Below, piece by piece: positions 40,228-52,120 of a stretch of DNA of 64,000 bases. The notes under the pieces were generated by a model. The model saw nothing but the letters and a program-made list of their open reading frames with translations, ran no database searches and was not told the origin of the DNA. This DNA is from Candidatus Delongbacteria bacterium (lineage in GTDB: Bacteria > CAIWAD01): positions 576,001-640,000 of the forward strand of contig OY760505.1 of assembly GCA_963663545.1 (NCBI GenBank), given 5' to 3'. Both the position numbers and the translations under genes were made by a program. Within the stretch, counting starts at the first letter, position 1, and every line of letters begins with the position of its first letter.

Positions 40228-42897
40228 TTATAGTCGATCGAGGTCGCGCTCAAGCGCCGCCTCGATTCGCGTAATACACTCATCGATGTGAGCGCGTGTC
40301 ATTCTATCAAGACCATTCCGCTGTTTCCAACTCAGCAAGCGAGTTCTGGCACTAACCAACGAAGCGCGCGCCATAGTACGAGCGTCGGAAGGGGCAAGGG
40401 CAGAGTCGAACATCAGCAGCTGCATCATGGAAATGTGACTCAATTGCAAACCACGGAAGCCCGTATCACGGGGACACTCCTTCCAGATGCGATCGAAGAT
40501 GGCTGTGAAGTGTTCGTCCAAAGTGTACGCCACACTTCCACGTGAGTTCAGGTCAACGATGCGCTGCAAACGCAGGGGTGCGTAACACGCCGCCAGAATC
40601 TCCATGCGTTTGCTCAGCAGATAGTTGTCGAAATCCGGAATATGATGGAAATGGCGGTCGTGATACTTCAGGTTCCAGTTCCAGTTCGGTCCCATCAACT
40701 CCCACTGCCGTTCCGATAGCGACCACAATTTCTGATCAAAAGTGTACTCCAGAAGTAGGGCTATCATTGGACGAATCTCTTCCGCCGTGTACGGCTGGGC
40801 CGGCACAACGCCCTGCCCAAAGGGCTCGCGACGCAGGTGCAGTGCGCCTCCGTAAAGCGTCAGGCCTTCCACATCATACCAGTAGGAGTCCGCCGCCGCC
40901 ATCACCATGTCACGATAGTGGCCGGGATCTTCCCCGGGCTGCAGCATGCTGGCGGGATCGGCGCTCAGCACCTTTTGCAACAGCGCACGACGGTTACGCA
41001 ACAGGGCGGCATCATCACAGCTCATATCCATCTGACGTGCCGCCGGGTCTACCGCAGAACCAATGAAATCCCAGGAATCATCATCGGTGGCATAGCGCAG
41101 GGCGGGGTCCGTTGTGCTACGCGCTGCGATTCGATTCAATGCCTCCCGCTCCTCCTGGGGTTCGCTCGCACCAAAGGGCGTGTAGCCCCACTCAATGGCC
41201 CAGCGGTCATAGGGTCCCGTCACCTGTGGGAAGTAGTCGCCCTGCTGCTGTGGGTCCGCCATCAGCGCTACCTTGACGTAATCCATCACGGAGGCAATCA
41301 TCCCGCATTCGTGGGTGAGAGATGTATCACCAAGCTGCTCGAACGCAAGCATGCGACTACCGAAGAAATTGTGTCGTAGTCCAAAAGTGTGCCCCACTTC
41401 GTGCATCACCATGAAGCGCAAATACTGGCGCACGAAGGCATCGCGCTCTTCCACATTCAGCGGCATGCCATTGGCACGGGCCGATGCGTCAAGAGTGGCC
41501 AAGCCTGCACGCTGCATGCTCTGCATCTCCTGCTGGCGGCGCTCCCGCAACGGCTCCAGCTCCGGCGAATCCGTTGTCAGCGACCACTCCTGCTCCAGTC
41601 GCTTCAGCAGTCTATCCGGAGTGTGGAGCGGCTCCTGCTGTGATCCACCCAGCGCCAGTGGTTGAATGGCCTCCTGCCACATCTGCTGTAGTTGGCGTAC
41701 TACATCCCCCTCCACCAGCACATCGGCGTTGAGGATTTCTCCGGTGTAGGGATTGGACTGGCTGGGGCCCATGGCGACGAAATCGATGTCGCGACTCGTG
41801 ATCCAACGAATGGTGTTGTAGCGAATGTCCGCCGGATCCCAGTCGGCGTCATCGGGCTGCTGGCGTACCTCGACCGCATTGAGGAAGCCAGCCTGTTCAA
41901 AGGCCTTGTTCCAGGCTAAAATGCCATCGCGTAATACATCGCGGTATTCGTAGGGAACGGTGTTTTCCAGCCAGAAGACGATGGGTTTGACGGGCTCGGA
42001 GAGTGCCGCGTCGGGATGCTTCTTCTCCAGATGCCAACGCTCAATGAAATAGTTGAAAGGATTCTCCCTCTGACCATCGCCCCAGACTCGCTGCAGACCC
42101 AAGAAGTAGCCTACGCGCTCGTCCTGCCAGCGTGCTACATAGTTGCTTTCCGGCAGGAAAGACAAGCTGTAGCGCAGCTCCAGTTCCAGGGTGGAACCCC
42201 ATTCGTACCTCGGGAAGCTTGTCTCGTACACCAGTCGCGCGCCGATTTCGACGTTCTCCGCGAAAGACTTCAGCAAAGAGTAATCACAGCGATCGCGCAA
42301 GGGGTGCACACTCGTCCGCAGACGCTCACCCATCTTGCCGGAAAAACGGTTGTGCTCGTCCAGTGCCCAGTCGTCCAATTTGATCAGATAGCTGCCGCGT
42401 TCCGGCTCCGGTGCGGACTCGAGATCCCAGCTCCAGATCACGCTGTCAGTGGTGGAGCGGTCGACGGCGGCAGCAAGAGGTGATCCATCGGCGACAACCG
42501 CATAAGGATAGGGAACAAGCAGATCGATATGCTCGTGACGCTTGACGAGCCTGGCAACGATGTTCTCAAGGGGCAATCCTGCGACCAGGCCCGCAAAGCC
42601 CAGTCCTTGCTCGAGCGTTGTGGAAATCAACAGATCCCGGTTCAATTGATCCGGCGCAACCTCCATCCAGCACTCACCGGTCTTCTCCTTGTGATACAGG
42701 GTAAACAGACCGGCCAGCGTATCACAGTCGGCGACCACCTCTGCAAAGGGCGTTCCCTCCTCTGCAGGAGCTTCTTTAATCTCCGGTGCTGCAGGCGTGG
42801 GAAGATAAGGTGAGCTGAATACGTCTTGTACAAAGCCAGCGGCATAAGAGATGCCAATCGCAGACAAAACAGTTGTGATACGCAGAATGATATGCAT
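40228..42897 (-). CDS. Zinc metalloprotease, DUF5117/DUF4953 Met-zincin type, paralog 2
   Basis: DERVGYF, PVKPIVFW, DIRYNTIRW, HEVGHTFGLRHNF, ASVMDY, GPYDRWAIEWGY. Confidence 0.9.
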   Translation of the reverse strand: MHIILRITTVLSAIGISYAAGFVQDVFSSPYLPTPAAPEIKEAPAEEGTPFAEVVADCDTLAGLFTLYHKEKTGECWMEVAPDQLNRDLLISTTLEQGLGFAGLVAGLPLENIVARLVKRHEHIDLLVPYPYAVVADGSPLAAAVDRSTTDSVIWSWDLESAPEPERGSYLIKLDDWALDEHNRFSGKMGERLRTSVHPLRDRCDYSLLKSFAENVEIGARLVYETSFPRYEWGSTLELELRYSLSFLPESNYVARWQDERVGYFLGLQRVWGDGQRENPFNYFIERWHLEKKHPDAALSEPVKPIVFWLENTVPYEYRDVLRDGILAWNKAFEQAGFLNAVEVRQQPDDADWDPADIRYNTIRWITSRDIDFVAMGPSQSNPYTGEILNADVLVEGDVVRQLQQMWQEAIQPLALGGSQQEPLHTPDRLLKRLEQEWSLTTDSPELEPLRERRQQEMQSMQRAGLATLDASARANGMPLNVEERDAFVRQYLRFMVMHEVGHTFGLRHNFFGSRMLAFEQLGDTSLTHECGMIASVMDYVKVALMADPQQQGDYFPQVTGPYDRWAIEWGYTPFGASEPQEEREALNRIAARSTTDPALRYATDDDSWDFIGSAVDPAARQMDMSCDDAALLRNRRALLQKVLSADPASMLQPGEDPGHYRDMVMAAADSYWYDVEGLTLYGGALHLRREPFGQGVVPAQPYTAEEIRPMIALLLEYTFDQKLWSLSERQWELMGPNWNWNLKYHDRHFHHIPDFDNYLLSKRMEILAACYAPLRLQRIVDLNSRGSVAYTLDEHFTAIFDRIWKECPRDTGFRGLQLSHISMMQLLMFDSALAPSDARTMARASLVSARTRLLSWKQRNGLDRMTRAHIDECITRIEAALERDLDRL

Positions 42898-42997
42898 AGC
42901 CTGTCTCCGGATTATTGATTCCCTCTACCCCAATGCTGTCGATTCCTTTTGCGGCGAGCGCTTTAAGGTGGCAAAGCGATAGCTGGATTGCAGGAGA

Positions 42998-43024
42998 TCA
43001 AAGCGGGAACCCGAAGGTCCCCGC
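42998..43024 (-). terminator. Terminator of pyr operon
   Basis: Minus strand GCGGGGACC-TTCG-GGTTCCCGC then TTT. Confidence 0.65.
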
Positions 43025-43076
43025 AAAATGATTCTCGTGCTACGGCGCACCGGCGCAGGTAGGAGGCAGCCGTTGA

Positions 43077-44364
43077 TCAGGAACGAAGCGCCATGCCGCT
43101 GCCGTTGACAACTCCTGCGGGTCTCACGTGGAATTCCGTGCCTTCCCAGGGGCTGTTGACACCCAGGCTTAGTGCTTCATCACCCTTGTACTGCCAGACA
43201 CAATCCAGATCCAGCAGGGTGAAGGCCGCCGGCTCTCCTTCGGCAATGGTGCACTCGGGCAAGTCCAGCACACGTCGCGGACCGTGGCTGAAGAGCTCGA
43301 GCAGACGTTTGAGCGGCAATCCGCCCTCCTCCACCAGCGCGCGGTGTGCTACCGCAAAAGCGGTTTCCAGACTGGCGCAACCAAAAGGCGAGCTGACATA
43401 GTCGCAGTCCAGGTCATCGAACTCAGCTGGACGATGATCGCTGCAGATGGCGTCAAGGGTACCGTCGGCACAGGCCTGCAACAGCGCATCGCGATCCTGC
43501 TCAGGTCGCAGCGGTGGCAGCAGCTTCTTGGCCTGCTGGAAATCACCTGCATCGGTATCACGCAGTGCCAGATGCTGCGGGCTGCAGTCAGCGGTGACAC
43601 GCACACCACGTTCCTTGGCGGCCTTGACAAGCTCCAGACTCTCGCGCGTACTCAGCAGCTGCAAGTGCAATCGCGCCTCCTCGAACTCGGCGCAGCGCAG
43701 GTCGCGATACACAGCCAGCTCTTCTGTGAGACGCGGAATGCCCTTCAGTCCCATCACCAGTGACTGGCGCCCCTCGTGCACATAGCCGCCCGTCAAGCTG
43801 CGCGCCTGGGGCATGCTGAACAGGGGCAGTCCGAACATCATGGCGTAGCTCAGGGCACCGCGAACCGCAGCAGCACTGGCCAGACCCACATTGCCTTCGC
43901 TAACGGCCACGGCACCCGCCTGTGCCAGTTCACCCAGATCAGCCAAGCGCTCACCCTGAAGTGCGCGTGTCACGGCACCAACGGGCATCAGTGTAACGGG
44001 ATGATCACCCGCCTGCTCCAGCAGGAATCCAACCAGGGCCTGATTATCGACAATCGGATCGCTCTCGGGCATGGCACATACAGCAACAAAGCCGCCAGCC
44101 GCCGCCGCGTCCAGACCGCTTTGGATGGTGTCACGGTCCTCGAAGCCCGGCTCACCGAACTGGGAACGCAGGTCGACGAATCCCGGCACAAGTGTCAAAC
44201 CCGCCATGTCGAAAACGTGATCACCCCGCTCTTCGATGCCGTCGGCGATACGTGTTACAGTGCCCTCTTCGATGAGCATGTCCGTAACACGATCCAGCTT
44301 CTGTGCCGGGTCAAGCAGGCGCACGCCTTTCAACAGGATGCGCTCCATCTCGTAGGTACGCAGT

Positions 44365-44375
<11 letters not shown>
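43077..44375 (-). CDS. pyrC: Dihydroorotase-like protein, probably inactive PyrC' subunit of ATCase
   Basis: PGFVDLRSQFGEPG (HxH absent), AAAAGGF, KLLPPLR, ICSDHRP, NSPWEG; follows pyrB; start GTG 44375 or ATG 44348. Confidence 0.88.
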
Positions 44376-45953
<1,578 letters not shown>

Positions 45954-46003
45954 TCATCCGGCCCGGACAGTGCTGCTCGGGCGAAGTCGGCGGAGGCGGC
46001 GTG

Positions 46004-46099
46004 AGAGAAAAATCCGGCTCGTACCGGATGCAGTGGATGGGCAGGTTGTGTCGCGTTCACGCGCGTCTCCCTTGTGGCCTCGCGGGACCGGGTTAAAGG
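46004..46099 (-). promoter_or_regulatory. PyrR-binding loop and attenuator terminator in pyrR leader
   Basis: Minus strand CCTTTAAcccGGTCCCGCGAGGCCacAAGG (46070-46099) fits the PyrR CUUUAA..GUCCnGnGAGG element; downstream ATCCGG-tacgag-CCGGAT-TTTTCTCT terminator. Confidence 0.85.
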
Positions 46100-46113
46100 A
46101 ATTGACGGCGGAG

Positions 46114-46122
46114 AGTATAACA
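46114..46122 (-). promoter_or_regulatory. Extended -10 promoter of pyr operon
   Basis: TGTTATACT (TGn-TATACT) just upstream of the PyrR loop. Confidence 0.55.
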
Positions 46123-46347
46123 CTTCCCTCCCATTTCTTTTTCCCTTCGCTATCGTTGCCGACCCTGCGGGTCGGATCAGCAACTCCGCGCCAAGCTGTG
46201 CGTGGCGCTCCCGAAGTGTGATTCTCTGGATTGTTGCCCTTGTTGTCCTGATCGTAGGGTAGAATCGAAGAAGGGACAGTCGAGGGGGAAACGAAGCAGG
46301 CCCACCAAAAGGTGAGCCTGCAGAGACGAATGGGCACTGGCCCATAG

Positions 46348-48552
46348 TTACAGGAGTTCGAATTCATTCATCAATTGGGCGGCGGAGCTGCCACCCACGA
46401 AGAGCTGATGTTTGCCGGCCTCAAGACGCCACCCGAGGTCGGCACCCACAAAAGCCAGCTCCTTCACCGGAAGGCTGAAGTGCAGTACGCGACTCTCGCC
46501 AGCGGCCAGGCGCACGCGGCGGAAGTCTTTCAGTTCGCGCACGGGACGTGTTACACTTCCCACCAGATCACGCACATAAACCTGCACGACTTCTTCCGCC
46601 TCAACCTTTCCCGTGTTCCTCAAGCAGACGCTGAAATCCAGTGCCGCAGAGTCACGTGATACACGACACGTCTTCAGTTGCAGGTTGTCATAGCTGAAAG
46701 TGCTGTAGGACAGGCCAAAGCCAAAGGGAAAGAGCGGCGTATATCCCGCATCCAAATGGTGACACGTATTACCGGTGGAATACTGCACTGCACCGCGAGG
46801 AATCTCTTCCAGCGGCGTGTAGAACTCGGCACTGGCGGGTCTACCTGTATTCTTGCGCGCGTAATACACGGGGACTTGTCCGCTCATGCGCGGAAAGGTC
46901 ATGGGCAATTTGCCCGAAGGCGATTCGATGCCAAAGAGGAGATCGCGAAGGGCTGGTCCGGCCAACGTTCCTGGATGCCAGGCGTAGAGCACGGCAGCAG
47001 GCAGATCGATCACTTCCTGCAATGCCAGCGGACGCCCCGCAAGAATCACGACAATCACCGGTTTGCCGCTATCGGTCACGCGTCTAAGCAGCTCGGTCTG
47101 AGCTCCGGGCAGGCGCAGGTCCGCGCGGCAATGCGCTTCTCCACTGAGTATGGCCTCTTCGCCAAGGAAGACAACTACCGCATCGGCCTCAATGGCTGCC
47201 ATGGTCGCCTTGGGCATTCCTTCCAGCGACCGATCCCGGCTATATTCAAGGCCAGGTTCGTGTATCACTTCGAAGCGCCCCTTGGCGTACTCGCGCAAAG
47301 CCTGCAACGGAGTAACAGAAAGCGAAGTGTCACCATCAAAGACCCAGGTTCCCAGCTGCTCCAGAGCTTCGTCTGCCAGCGGGCCGATCACGGCCAGCTT
47401 CTTCAGTTTCTCTACCTGCAGTGGCAAAGTCTGCGACTCGTTCTTCAACAGCACCACGCTTTGCAGTGCACTGTGATACAGCGGTTGCAGTTCCTCTTGC
47501 TTCAGTGGCACTTCCAATGGCCTACGGCGACCATCAAACAGGCCAAGCTGCAGTTTGACCCTGAGGATGCTCAACACCATTTCGTCCAGCCGTGACACGT
47601 CCACTTCGCCCGCAGCGATCAGACCGGGCAAATGATCCTCGAAACAGCGCGAGAACATTTCCATGTCGACACCGGCCAGCGCCGCTTCGCGTGCCGCTTC
47701 ACGCCGATCGGCACACACTCCGTGATCCACAAGTTGACGCACGGCTTCCCAATCGCTGAGCACAATGCCCTCAAAGCCCCACTCCTGTCGCAGAATGCGC
47801 TGCAGCAGCAGACGGTTCATCGTCGCCGGTGTGCCGTTCAAATCGCCAAAAGAGGGCATCAGCGAAACGGCGCCCGCCTGCAAACAAGCCTGGAAAGGCG
47901 GCAGATGCACCTGGCGCAATTCGATTTCGGGAACCGATGTGCAGTCGTAATCGCGACCGCCCTCGCTGGCACCGTAGCCCGCAAAGTGTTTAACACAGGC
48001 AGCAACGCTGTCGGCGTGTGACAGATCCTCACCCTGGAGGCCGCGTACCACAGCGGCACCGAAGCGTGACGTAAGCAGCGGATCTTCCCCGAAGGACTCC
48101 GCCACACGGCCCCAGCGTGGATCACGCCCAATGTCCACCATGGGTGCCATCGCCCAGTTCACGCCGCTGGCCGCCGCTTCCCGTGCAGCCAGACGGGCAC
48201 AAGCCTCTACCAGCTCAGGATTCCAGCTGGCCGCCTGTCCTAGCGGAATGGGCGCAATGTGTTTGAATCCGTGTATCACGTCTCTGGCGATCAGCAGCGG
48301 AATACCGAGGCGGCTTTCATCGCACGCAATGCGCTGCAGCTCATCAACGCATTCGGGCACTACTTCATTGAGCACACCGCCCACGCGTCCGGCAGCAATG
48401 GCCTCACGCAAGTCGGCGGGGATCTCTCCGGCAGCGCCATTGACCAGCACCAGCTGACCGATCTTCTCCGCCAGACTCATCTTCCCCAGCAGCTCGCGCG
48501 CGCGCTCGTGCCTTCTCGTCTCAGTTGTAGATGGCGTTGGTGACACACCCAT
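46348..48552 (-). CDS. GH3 beta-glucosidase (BglX-like)
   Basis: SRLGIPLL, DVIHG, RDPRWGRVAESFGEDP, KHFAGYG, SDW nucleophile motif, SGEA, FPFGFGLSY, RPVRELKDF. Confidence 0.93.
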   Translation of the reverse strand: MGVSPTPSTTETRRHERARELLGKMSLAEKIGQLVLVNGAAGEIPADLREAIAAGRVGGVLNEVVPECVDELQRIACDESRLGIPLLIARDVIHGFKHIAPIPLGQAASWNPELVEACARLAAREAAASGVNWAMAPMVDIGRDPRWGRVAESFGEDPLLTSRFGAAVVRGLQGEDLSHADSVAACVKHFAGYGASEGGRDYDCTSVPEIELRQVHLPPFQACLQAGAVSLMPSFGDLNGTPATMNRLLLQRILRQEWGFEGIVLSDWEAVRQLVDHGVCADRREAAREAALAGVDMEMFSRCFEDHLPGLIAAGEVDVSRLDEMVLSILRVKLQLGLFDGRRRPLEVPLKQEELQPLYHSALQSVVLLKNESQTLPLQVEKLKKLAVIGPLADEALEQLGTWVFDGDTSLSVTPLQALREYAKGRFEVIHEPGLEYSRDRSLEGMPKATMAAIEADAVVVFLGEEAILSGEAHCRADLRLPGAQTELLRRVTDSGKPVIVVILAGRPLALQEVIDLPAAVLYAWHPGTLAGPALRDLLFGIESPSGKLPMTFPRMSGQVPVYYARKNTGRPASAEFYTPLEEIPRGAVQYSTGNTCHHLDAGYTPLFPFGFGLSYSTFSYDNLQLKTCRVSRDSAALDFSVCLRNTGKVEAEEVVQVYVRDLVGSVTRPVRELKDFRRVRLAAGESRVLHFSLPVKELAFVGADLGWRLEAGKHQLFVGGSSAAQLMNEFELL

Positions 48553-48572
48553 TTCCACTCCGTGATCCAGTA

Positions 48573-51500
48573 CTAGATGCCAATGTGCAAATAGGTACGG
48601 ATTTCCCACTCGCGACCCAAGTCGTAGCCGTCGAGCGATTCGTCACTGTCCTTGGTCAGGCCGGGCAAGGGCTCGTAGCGATTGGAGTACTCGTCCAGTG
48701 TGCGCCAGGTGAGCTTGATGCCCAGGCGCGAGGAGGGCAGATCCCACCAGGTCGGACGGGACAGTGTTGTAGACAGGTCCACTGCGAGCTGCAGCGGGTA
48801 GGTCATATTGAAATCCTTGTGATAATCGTAGGGACCCCAGTCGTTGACCTTGCCCGTCAACACCAGCTTCCACGCATTCCACAGCAGACGTGCGTCAGCG
48901 CCATAGCGATGTATCACACGCTGGTCGTCGCCATTGGGCTCGCCTGTACCAACGTAGAGATCGGCGATAATTCCGCGAGAAGGCGTGTTCTTCGAGAGCA
49001 GCCGTGAGTGGACTTCCCACAGGTTGCGCGCAGGAGTTGAAGTATCAAAGGCAGCGGTTGTAACACCGTCGTCCAGGAAGAAAAGTCCACCATCCATGTC
49101 TGTTGCATAGTGGCGATAGATGAAGCCCAGGTTACAGGCGAAGGGAGCATCTTCCATCTCGTCTGCATTCCAGGCGTACATCCAGGTGCCCGGCGTGGGA
49201 TCCCAGGTCAGCAGCAGCTCACCGGCGGTTGTCTCACGGTTGGCACGCACGGCAAAGGGATCATCCAGCACATTGCGCAGACGGCCTGGCGCCGGTGCAT
49301 CGGCAGGCATCGGTCCCACAATCGGCTTCTGCCACAGGAAGTTGGGCGCGATCTGCAGGTCGCCCATCATGTAGGTGAATCCCGTCAGCGCGTTCATCTG
49401 GTTGCCGCTGCCGCAGTCGGCCAGACGCCAGCCGGTAAAAGTCTGAATTGCCGTCGGACCACCGTCGGCCACCAGCCCCATCATAGCTCCCTGGGCATAC
49501 CAGTTCCAACGACCGCTGCTCCATGTAACACGCGCCTTGCCGCCGAAAGTATCACTGGCGCGAATGTAATCCTGCATCACGACACCGTCTTCCATGTACT
49601 GGAAGGTATCGTCGACTTTGTTATAGCCTGCCCAGATGCCGCCCGCCTCAAGGCCCAGCGGTCCGCGCTTGGTCTCGATGTGGAAAGTCGCCTTGCGTGT
49701 TACAGGCTCGGGAATGGCGCTGGAGCTGACCGCGTTCGTCTGATCGTCCAGGTCCTCCTGGTACAACACCGCGGCGGTGTAGCGACCAAAACTGCGTTGG
49801 TACTTGGCCAGCACAGCGGGATTGGCACCCCACCACAGTTCCGGTCCCATGGCCACTTTCAGGCCACTTAGTTGGCGGCGCATCTCCAGTTCCATGCCCA
49901 CCGGCGCGTTGCCATTGTACATGTCGATGTTCTCGCCGTAGTTCGCCTCGCGGTACAAGCCAAAGAAATCGCCCTCGTAGCCCCAGTGGTAATGGCCGCT
50001 GCGGTAGAAGCCCGTCAGGTTGAACCAGGGATGCTGCCAGCTCACGTCGGCGTGATGCACGCGCACGCGATCCATGCCGGAAATCTCAGTGGGCGGGCCG
50101 TCGGGCGTGGACACTTCCACCGCGCGATCACGGTTCTCGTAGAAAATTTCGTCGATGGAATTGGTGGGCACGTTGCCCAGCACGTTCAGCGTCATGCTGG
50201 CGTTGACATTGCCCGCGGGCTGCGCGGCCACATCCATATAGAAGGATTCCATGTGGTCGAAGCCCTGAAAACGCGGATAACCGTCCTCATCGTCGGTGCG
50301 GGTTTCCGGCGTTGTGATACGTTCGCCGCCGGTAATGATGCTCTCGAGCTCCACGCGCAAACCGCTGACACGGAACTTCTGCGATTGCTCGGCCACCAGT
50401 GCAGCCTGATCACCACGCGCCTGCGCCACCGCCTTCATGGCGCTAATGCCGTCAAAGTGCGCGCGGATCTCCGCCGCGTCCACACCCGCGCTGTAGGGAT
50501 TCAGCAGGTTCACATCCGCCAGTGCGTAATACGCGGCACGCGGATACAGGTCGTAGAGGCCGCTGTTCTGGGTCGGCCCTTTGGCGCAGAGGCCCCACCA
50601 TTCCTCATTCATATTGTTCTCGCCGGGCGCCAGATCGTGGGGATAACCGCCGTTGGCCCAGGAAGCGTTGGTGTCGTGCACATCGAGATAGGCGTCCTGC
50701 TTGTACTTCCACCAGCCGTCGCTGAACTGGAAAGTGAGGCCGCCGATGGCATTTCGCGCGCCGCCGATGCCCGCCGCGTTCAGGTAGATCTCCTCCCATT
50801 GGCCCAGCAGGTAGCGCGCCTGGTCAAACTGATCCTCGCGCATTTCGATGGCGTTGAAGGCGTCGCAGCCGAATTCGGTGAACATGATCGGCAGGCCCAG
50901 TTCGTCGCGCACGCGCTGGAAGGCGTCGCCGAAGGAAATGCCGCGGTACATATTGGTACCCAGAATATCCAGCTCCGGCACCTCGACCTTGATCATGTCG
51001 ATGTACTGCAGATCGCCGTTGGCCATCGCCACAGGGTGCTCGCCGTCCTGGGATTTGATCAGCTCCACCGCCTCGCCGAAAGCCGAATACATGTAGCGCG
51101 CGCGCAGCAGGTTCTTCTGCTCCTGCGGCATGTCTTCGGTCTCCGCCGAGCTCCAGAAGAGGCCGTAGTTGTTCTCGTTGCCCAGCAGATATACAAGCAG
51201 GCCCGGGGTGCCGGCGTACTCGTCGATCATGCTCTGGGTCTCCGCCAGCAGAATCTCGCGGGTGCGCGGATTGGCGTAATCTGTGCTCGGGACCCAGGCC
51301 CCGTCAATGGTCAAGCCGTAGCGGCCAAAGGGATAATTGATGACCGTGTAGATGCCCCAGCGCTCGTACATGTACTGCACCCAGCGCGCGGGAACGCCCG
51401 TGTACTGGCGAATGGTGTTGACGCCCATGCCCTTGAGCATGGCCATTTCGCGATCCAGCGCCGTGCGGATGAAGTCGTCGTCCTGGTTCCACAGGCTGTA

Positions 51501-51707
51501 GCTGTAGTTGGTGCCAATGGGGAAATAGTCCCAGTTCATGCCTTGTACCAGGAAGTCCTCGCCGTTCACCTGCAGACGCGCGCCCTCGGCATCGTCCAAT
51601 ACGCGAACATGGGACGGCTGCGCCAGTGCGTCCACCAGCGGTAGAAGCAGCGACAGGGATAGAATGCTTGTTTTCAGCAGGGAAACGGGGAATCGTTCGG
51701 GGTTCAT
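48573..51707 (-). CDS. Clan GH-A TIM-barrel glycoside hydrolase (GH2/GH158-like) with long beta-rich C-terminal region
   Basis: Signal peptide; GMNWDY, MGVNTIRQY, LGNENNY (acid/base), FTEFGCD (nucleophile), NEEWWG; C-terminal amphipathic strands. Confidence 0.8.
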   Translation of the reverse strand: MNPERFPVSLLKTSILSLSLLLPLVDALAQPSHVRVLDDAEGARLQVNGEDFLVQGMNWDYFPIGTNYSYSLWNQDDDFIRTALDREMAMLKGMGVNTIRQYTGVPARWVQYMYERWGIYTVINYPFGRYGLTIDGAWVPSTDYANPRTREILLAETQSMIDEYAGTPGLLVYLLGNENNYGLFWSSAETEDMPQEQKNLLRARYMYSAFGEAVELIKSQDGEHPVAMANGDLQYIDMIKVEVPELDILGTNMYRGISFGDAFQRVRDELGLPIMFTEFGCDAFNAIEMREDQFDQARYLLGQWEEIYLNAAGIGGARNAIGGLTFQFSDGWWKYKQDAYLDVHDTNASWANGGYPHDLAPGENNMNEEWWGLCAKGPTQNSGLYDLYPRAAYYALADVNLLNPYSAGVDAAEIRAHFDGISAMKAVAQARGDQAALVAEQSQKFRVSGLRVELESIITGGERITTPETRTDDEDGYPRFQGFDHMESFYMDVAAQPAGNVNASMTLNVLGNVPTNSIDEIFYENRDRAVEVSTPDGPPTEISGMDRVRVHHADVSWQHPWFNLTGFYRSGHYHWGYEGDFFGLYREANYGENIDMYNGNAPVGMELEMRRQLSGLKVAMGPELWWGANPAVLAKYQRSFGRYTAAVLYQEDLDDQTNAVSSSAIPEPVTRKATFHIETKRGPLGLEAGGIWAGYNKVDDTFQYMEDGVVMQDYIRASDTFGGKARVTWSSGRWNWYAQGAMMGLVADGGPTAIQTFTGWRLADCGSGNQMNALTGFTYMMGDLQIAPNFLWQKPIVGPMPADAPAPGRLRNVLDDPFAVRANRETTAGELLLTWDPTPGTWMYAWNADEMEDAPFACNLGFIYRHYATDMDGGLFFLDDGVTTAAFDTSTPARNLWEVHSRLLSKNTPSRGIIADLYVGTGEPNGDDQRVIHRYGADARLLWNAWKLVLTGKVNDWGPYDYHKDFNMTYPLQLAVDLSTTLSRPTWWDLPSSRLGIKLTWRTLDEYSNRYEPLPGLTKDSDESLDGYDLGREWEIRTYLHIGI

Positions 51708-51768
51708 GGCTTCCTCCAAACAGGGGATCGGGGCATCTCATCGGACCCGCGTGACAAGAATACGGGCT

Positions 51769-51791
51769 CTTTGTTCGATTCTCGAACAAAG
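51769..51791. promoter_or_regulatory. Perfect inverted repeat, candidate repressor operator upstream of GH genes
   Basis: CTTTGTTCGA-ttc-TCGAACAAAG about 60 bp upstream of the GH start. Confidence 0.55.
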
Positions 51792-52120
51792 TAGAGGAAT
51801 GGGAGTGCGGAGTCAAGAGGAGAAAATGGCGAAGGAAAAGAAAGGCTGTTGTTTTAGTAGAAGTTCAGGATTCCGCAGAAGGGGGGTGAACGCAATGCCA
51901 GGAAGGAAGCGCGTCCACTGCACTTCGTCAAGCAGCCAGCCTCTGCTCAAAGCCTTGTCTCTTTTCATTCACAACCACGTTACCGTTATTGACGACAACG
52001 CGGCTCGCTCCGCGCACACTCGGGAACTTATGTGCGCCTAGCTTTGTTATAGGGCGCATTCCGCACAAGGAGCTCGTATCGAATCTGGCCATCTCTTGTT
52101 GTACCAAGTCTGAGGCAAAC

